Source: Octopus vulgaris (Eukaryota). Taken from it: DNA of 64,000 bases. The notes under the pieces are model-generated. The model was not told the origin of the DNA. It searched no databases and saw nothing but the letters and a program-made list of their open reading frames with translations. The translations under genes were made by a program, and so were the position numbers. This document shows positions 57,547-64,000 of the stretch, one piece after another. The stretch is from positions 77,748,001 through 77,812,000 of the forward strand of contig OX597825.1 of NCBI GenBank assembly GCA_951406725.2, given 5' to 3'. Within the stretch, counting starts at the first letter, position 1; each line of letters starts with the position of its first letter.

Positions 57547-58127
57547 TGCCGACGGTGAATTCGTAGTGACCCTAATGACAAAGGCCACCGTCCACTTCGA
57601 TGGCCGAATCGTCTGGGAACCTCCAGCTATTTATAAGAGTTACTGTCCTATTGACGTCGAGTTTTTCCCGTTTGATATGCAGCAGTGCTTTATGAAGTTT
57701 GGATCGTGGACCTACGATGGAAACCAAGTGGACCTTCAGCATTTTTGCATGGAAAAGGGCATTACTACCGCTACTGGAGAAGTGGTAATCAAACGAGGAA
57801 TTGACTTGAAGGACTACTATCCCAACGTAGAATGGGACATTATCAATGTAACTGCGAGACGAAAGGAGAAGTTCTATGGATGCTGCATAGAACCCTATCC
57901 GGATATTATGTTCAACGTTACACTGCGCAGGCGCACGCTCTTTTATACATTGAACTTAATAATGCCCTGCATTTCCATCTCCTGTCTCACTGTTTTAGTT
58001 TTCTATTTGCCTTCAGACAGCGGTGAAAAAATTACTCTGTCTATTTCGATATTGCTAGCACTTACTGTATTTTTTCTGTTATTGTCAGATATAAACCCGC
58101 CAACCTCACTGGTTGTTCCACTTATAG
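57547..58127 (+). CDS. nAChR alpha-type subunit, large exon: Cys-loop, loops B/C, TM1, TM2
   Basis: ttgcag acceptor completes the AA|T Asn codon. Encodes Cys-loop [15 protein letters not shown], loop B SWTYD, loop [12 protein letters not shown] (vicinal Cys = alpha type) and [27 protein letters not shown]|gtacgt donor. Confidence 0.97.
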
Positions 58128-58167
58128 GTACGTATACAATATATGTTGAATTACATACTAAAATATA

Positions 58168-58744
58168 CAGGGTGCCCATAAAGTCTCTTTACAATTTTAA
58201 AATTTTATTACAAAGGTAGTTGACAAGATATCTTATCCAGATTTGTTTTATTGTAATAATTGTTTATTAAAGTTTTTTTCACTGTTATTTAATAGACCTC
58301 AATATGGGCGCCATTAGTTGCGCGAAGCACATCAAGACGGTACTCGATTTCTTGCCATGTTCGCTGTAGGATAGCCTCATCAACGGTGGCAATGGCATTA
58401 CGAATCATTTGCTTCAAGTCAGCAATGTCCCGTATCTTTGTTTGATACACTATATCTTTTATATAACCCCATAAAAAGAAGTCCAATGAAGTGATATCTG
58501 GCGAACGCTGTGACCATGGAATTGGCCCATCCCTTTCAATCCATCGGTTTGGAAATGTTTGATTGACGAACTGATTCAGCGAATCAGTTCCCTTCCATCA
58601 ACAGAGTATCTGAAACACAAAAATTTAATATCAACAAAAACTTTAATAAACAGTTATTAAAATAAAACAAATCTGGTTAAAATATCTCATCAACTGCCTT
58701 TGTAACAATTTTTTTAATTGTAAAGAGACTTTATGGACACTCTG
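58168..58744 (-). mobile_element. Tc1/mariner internal-deletion derivative with about 110-bp TIRs
   Basis: TA|cagggtgcccataaagtctctttacaa ... ttgtaaagagactttatggacactctg|TA. Internal C-terminal transposase RSPDITSLDFFLWGYIK...NGAHIE on the minus strand. Confidence 0.85.
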
Positions 58745-59077
58745 TATATCTATTGTAAACAGTTGCTACTTTATACTCACGTAAACAGAAATACAAATAA
58801 AATCACTGGCACGCTTGGTGTCTGTACGAAACACACAAATGTGCACACAAACATTGCTGCATATCAATACATATGTGTTTTTATTTTATCTTTTACTTGT
58901 TTCAGTCTTTAGGCTGCGGCCAAACTGGGGCACCGCCTTCAAGGATTTATTTTCTCTTGAATCAACTCTAAATTCTTAAAATATTATACTTAATCGATCT
59001 CTTTTGCCGAATCTTTATTTTACGATTGTAACACCGTTTGGTGGGAGACAAATACAGGCTTACAGATACACACGGAT

Positions 59078-59116
<39 letters not shown>

Positions 59117-60432
59117 AATCACCAATCGCGCGCCTTATCATCAGCATGACATAAATTGACAAGGGCGGATATTTGAATCACAGATACGATCCATACAAAT
59201 GGAGTTATTTCTCAGAGTTTTCCGTTTAATGATTCTCCCCCATAAAGCTTGGATTAAACCGAAGCTATCGTCAAGTCTCTTACGCTAGATATCACGAAGA
59301 TGAATCCATCTCAGAGACTCATGGCTGCAAAGCCAACGTCGTAACGGTTCAGCCATGCTTGTGCCCACGACATAGGTTACTATAGCGTCCCGTAAATACA
59401 TCACAAAGGAACAGAAATTATGCCTTTTATGTCTTATCACTGGCACTCCGTCAGCTACGACGAAGAGTCGTTCCAGTTGCTCGTGATGTTGACGTGTAAG
59501 GGGCTTAGCATTCCACAGAAAAGCGTAACCTTAACATAATTCGCAAGAAGATTCAGCGTGTCACAGAACGTGGCAACACCTGCCCTTTTAACTACAGGTA
59601 CAACTCATTTTTACCAGCTGAGTGGACTGCAGCAACACGAAATGAAGTGCTTTGCTCAAGGACACAACGCGCTGCCGGGAATCGAACTCATGACCTTCCG
59701 ACTGTGAGCCGAATACCCTACCCTTTGAGCCATGCGCCTTCACCTTTTATATCTATACGGCAGTATATTGTGCATCTATATGAGCTACGAGTTTTCTACA
59801 GCGGTTTCCTAACAAAAGCTGACTTTATCGACCACGTCGATTCTTAGCAAATAGAAAACCAAAATCATACGCAATCTTCCAAGATAAGATTTTATCCAGT
59901 TCCAGAACATATTTCCATCGTTTAGGACACTCAGCTGTCTTGCGTTTTCTGCCAGAATAAGCATCCTAATACCTAGAATTGATTAATTATTGATATTAAT
60001 GTTATACTTGGATAGCAATAGCCTTTACTAGCAGACGACCGATACGAAGATTTAATCTGTGCGTCTCCATTTGGCGCAACGATGTTCTCCATCACGACAT
60101 AAAAACTGCAGCGATGGGTTTAACCAGGAATCTTGTACAACAGATAAACCTGCCCCTCCTTCAATTCAACCCCATCGTTCAGTGGAGTGGTTCTTGACTC
60201 AAGCCATGCTTTGTCGAACTACATGCATATGTAAATGTATATGTCTGTGTATACATATATAAATTTTTATATACACATACACAAGCATATGAATATGTCT
60301 GTCTGTATATATATATATATATATATATATACGTATATGTATATATATATGTATATATATATGTACATATGTTTGTGAATGTATGCATATATATTTATAT
60401 ATGATTTATATTAGTATAAATATATATATATT

Positions 60433-60544
<112 letters not shown>

Positions 60545-60980
60545 TCAGAGAGAGATTGATTGATTCATTGAGTGATTGATACATACACGCATACATACAT
60601 GTATACATACATGCATGCATACATACGTACATATACGCGTACATGTTGGCGGTGCAAAAATTACGAGAAAATCAACGTACAGACACACGCACATATATGT
60701 ATATACATGGTTATATATCCATACATATGCATATAAATATATATATGTGTGTGTGTGCATGTGTGTATGTGTCTATTATATACATGCGTATGTGTATGTG
60801 TGTATGTATGTGTGTGTTTATATAGATATAGATATAGATATAGACATAACGTTTATACACATATATTTATGCGTACAGATAGACGAAGACATCTATAATT
60901 TGAGCGAACGGGAAATATGGCTGATTTATTGATCGCTTACATCTTTCATCCATATGCCAATATATCTATCTATCTATTTA

Positions 60981-61024
<44 letters not shown>

Positions 61025-61025
<1 letters not shown>

Positions 61026-61335
61026 TTTTACTCTTTTACTTGTTTCAGTCATTTGACTGCGGCCATGCTGGAGCACCGCCTTTAGTCGAGCAAATCGACC
61101 CCGGGACTTATTCTTTGTAAGCCCAGTACTTACTCATCGGTCTCTTTTGCCGAACCGCTAAGTAACGGGGACATAAACACACCAGCATCGGTTTTCAAGC
61201 AATGCTAGGGGGACAAACACAGACACACAAACACACACATATATATATACATATATACGACAGGCTTCTTTCAGTTTCCGTCTACCAAATCCACTCACAA
61301 GACACTTGCCCAAGATGCCACGCAGTGGGACTGAC
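61025..61335 (-). mobile_element. SINE family A copy
   Basis: Reverse complement of tail and partial head. Confidence 0.8.
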
Positions 61336-61342
61336 TATATAT

Positions 61343-61445
<103 letters not shown>

Positions 61446-61653
61446 TATATATTATACAACAATACAACGCTGCAGTTAATCTAAATCCTTCGAGAAATTA
61501 AACTATTCTGATTCATCAATACATCTATACATCTACAAAGTGAATTCCTCTCTTTTTATAACTGAACCATTCTCTTCAGTTCTTCATATTTCCTTCCTTC
61601 CTTCCTTTCTCTCATTGTCTGATATAATTCCATTTTTTTTTTCTTTTCTACAG

Positions 61654-62108
61654 GAAAATATCTAATGTTTACAATGATTGTAGTCGCTATGTCAATATTC
61701 ATGACCGTATTCACGCTGCACATGAACTACAGAGCTCCAACCACACACAAAATGAGACCTTGGGTGCGTCGAATATTCACGGAAATTCTTCCCAAAATTC
61801 TACTGTTAAAACGTCCCCAGTCGCGGTGCAAATCTCAAGTCGCGGTTCGAACGTGCAGCGGAGTCGAAGTCCGTGAAACGTACACCGTAGCCCGTCACTG
61901 GTCTCGTTTCAAGAATATGCCAGCCCCGTCGACTGCTAACCGCTTGCGGCGCCTCCGGCACCATCGGCCTCATACGTTGCATATCGACGATCAAGACATG
62001 GCGACGGCTCAATCTACGGCCAGTCGACATGCGCACGAGATACATGAGGTCATTGAAGGGGTCAAGTATATTGCAAACAGAATGCAGGATGAAGATGAAC
62101 GTGCTGAG
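61654..62108 (+). CDS. nAChR alpha-type subunit exon: TM3 and cytoplasmic loop to MA helix
   Basis: ctacag acceptor completes the G|GA codon giving GKYLMFTMIVV. Contains YRAPTTHKMRPWVRRIF and IEGVKYIANRMQDEDE. GAG|gtaact donor. The TM4 exon is not in the window. Confidence 0.95.
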
Positions 62109-62401
62109 GTAACTTTTGTTTTAACTATTTTTCATATGCATCCTTTCATCATCATCATCATCATCATCATCATTTTCGTCGTCGTCGTCTCCATAACCAT
62201 ATCAACATCCTAATCATCATCATCATCATCATGGTTATTATTGTCGTTGCTGTTATTATTATTATCAAGGTAGTGAGCTGGCAGAATCGTTAGCACGCCG
62301 GACAAAATGCTTAGTCGCATTTCGTCCGTCCTTACGTTCCGAGTTCAAATTCCACCGAAGTCGACTTTGTTTTTACCCTTTTGGATTCGATAAAATAAGT
62401 A

Positions 62402-62914
62402 TCAGGCTGAGTAAGTAACGTTTTAAAATATCAAGAATTTGAAGAATTTAAAACCCAGTAAAACCATTACTGTAGAAATATCTTGCTATGAAATTGCCAA
62501 AATGAACGAAAAACTGCTACTCTTCCGTGCCAGACTGGTCAAAAGAAGAGGGCCAATCATTTTTTATAGCAATGCTCGACCACACGTCTCACTAATGACC
62601 CTCCAGAAGCTGGGGGAACTTGGCTACGATGTTCTTCTCCACCCCAGACCTTTCTCCTACCGACTACCACCTATTCAAGTACCTTGGTGGTCTCCTGCGA
62701 GAAAAGGAGTTCAAAGTTGAAAGTGCGTTCAAAGAGTTCATCAGCTCCAGAACTCCAGATTTTTATGTTACCGGAATAAACAAACTTGCAACTCATTCGC
62801 AAAAATGTGCTGATTGTAATGATATTTACTTCGATGAACAAAATTTCCGCATTGCTGTAATATATTGTGATGAATTTCGTGTTTCCAAACGTTGCTTACT
62901 CTTTACTCAGCCTG
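62402..62914 (+). mobile_element. Mariner deletion derivative (transposase C-terminal half)
   Basis: NARPHVS and PDLSPTDYHLF motifs. Short inverted ends tcaggctgagtaa / ttactcagcctga; a further copy of the 3' end lies at about 63146-63180. Confidence 0.75.
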
Positions 62915-63189
62915 AGATAAGCAATTTCTCATGATTGTTCCCATTTTACTCACTGAACTTGCTCCTTTGTTTGGTGTATGCGATCTTATGTGATTTCGTT
63001 GTCTACTCTTGACATAAGTCAAGCTACAATTAAAGACTTATATAATGTATTAAGAACCGTTGAGTCTAAAGATTTTATTTATCAACCAATGCGATTTAAG
63101 AACGACGTACTCCGTGGGAATTTTTTCCAAACCGTTTTTCCAAATGTTTCCAAACGTTGTTTACTTTTTACTCAACCTGAGAGCAGTTC

Positions 63190-64000
63190 ATCTCCGAGAT
63201 CGATTCTCACTTCCAATCCTAAGTATTGGTATTTCCCAACTTTCTTGTCCACCGTCTTAACAACATTTTTGCCAGCAGGTACAGCTGCATCGATGCAGTC
63301 GATTCTTTGGTGCCCTTTAGTAGAAGAGAGATATCAGGTCGGTTATGTTGCAGCCTTTTGTCTGTATATATTGACATATCCAAAATGAGCTTCACTTCTC
63401 TGCGTCTGGTAAAATCTAGTGTTCATATCACTTGTTGGAACATTCTAGCCGATACTTCTTTCACAACTCCCAGTGTATTCACACAGCTATTTCGTCATGA
63501 CTTTTTTTTTTGTATTAGTTTGTTCTAGTCTTGAGCATCCACTAATTATATGTCCGTCTCAGATGACTTACCAGCAGGTGATACTGCTGTCTTATCAATC
63601 TTTGAAATGCAAGATCTTCTCTATCCTGAATACGGAGGCTCCACTTACTCAATATTAATTGCATCCATTACGGTCGCATATCGTAATGGACTACACCTAC
63701 AAACATTATTATGTATCTCCGAGACCTCAGAAACAGCTGTTGAACTTATAACATTTCTCTTTCTCCCATTTAATTTTCTCTTTCGTTTGTTCTCTATGTA
63801 GGTTGAAGCAATTAATATGAATATCTACAGATGTATACTTAAAAATTCATCATCTTAAAGTCTCCACATTTTTTGCATCCTCTCGCTTTGCATGTATACT
63901 TATACATTTCAAACTAATATATTAAATATATTTGATGTGTCTAATTTGTTTATTCGCACAACTGCTGTTCGCTGAGATCAAATTTGCCATCCCATCCTTT
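63190..64000 (-). mobile_element. Decayed R4/Dong-like non-LTR retrotransposon 3' fragment (restriction-like endonuclease region)
   Basis: Minus-strand remnants KKSHD and DMSIYTDKRLQHNRPDI match the RHD and PD..D endonuclease motifs. Confidence 0.6.

Noticed and set aside
57547-58127. Cephalopod chemotactile receptor identity
   Set aside because: Vicinal cysteines and ACh-binding aromatics are retained, unlike in chemotactile receptors.
57464-58219. ORF 57464-58219 as a complete single-exon gene
   Set aside because: Its ends run into intron. Splice sites define the exon as 57547-58127; likewise ORF 61665-62213 is coding only to 62108.

Overview
AT-rich, microsatellite-saturated eukaryotic DNA, most likely from an octopus or other coleoid cephalopod (inferred from the repeat landscape, not verified). 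The window lies inside one large + strand gene encoding a nicotinic acetylcholine receptor alpha-type subunit. Four internal coding exons join in frame (10841-10885, 47879-47988, 57547-58127, 61654-62108), separated by introns of about 37.0, 9.6 and 3.5 kb; the 5' exons and the TM4 exon lie outside the window. The introns hold an intact-looking antisense tRNA-Leu(AAG), several tRNA-derived SINE families, Tc1/mariner elements and derivatives, a non-autonomous Helitron, a piggyBac-type MITE, CR1-like and R4-like LINE fragments, and Penelope-like retroelement (PLE) remnants. The most striking unannotated signal is a set of minimal type-I hammerhead ribozyme motifs with palindromic stem III. Four have intact catalytic cores, three of them on the pre-mRNA strand, and four more are decayed. 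Several long fold-back structures are also present, two starting only 40-60 nt downstream of exon donors. Nearly all ORFs in the supplied track are microsatellite artefacts.
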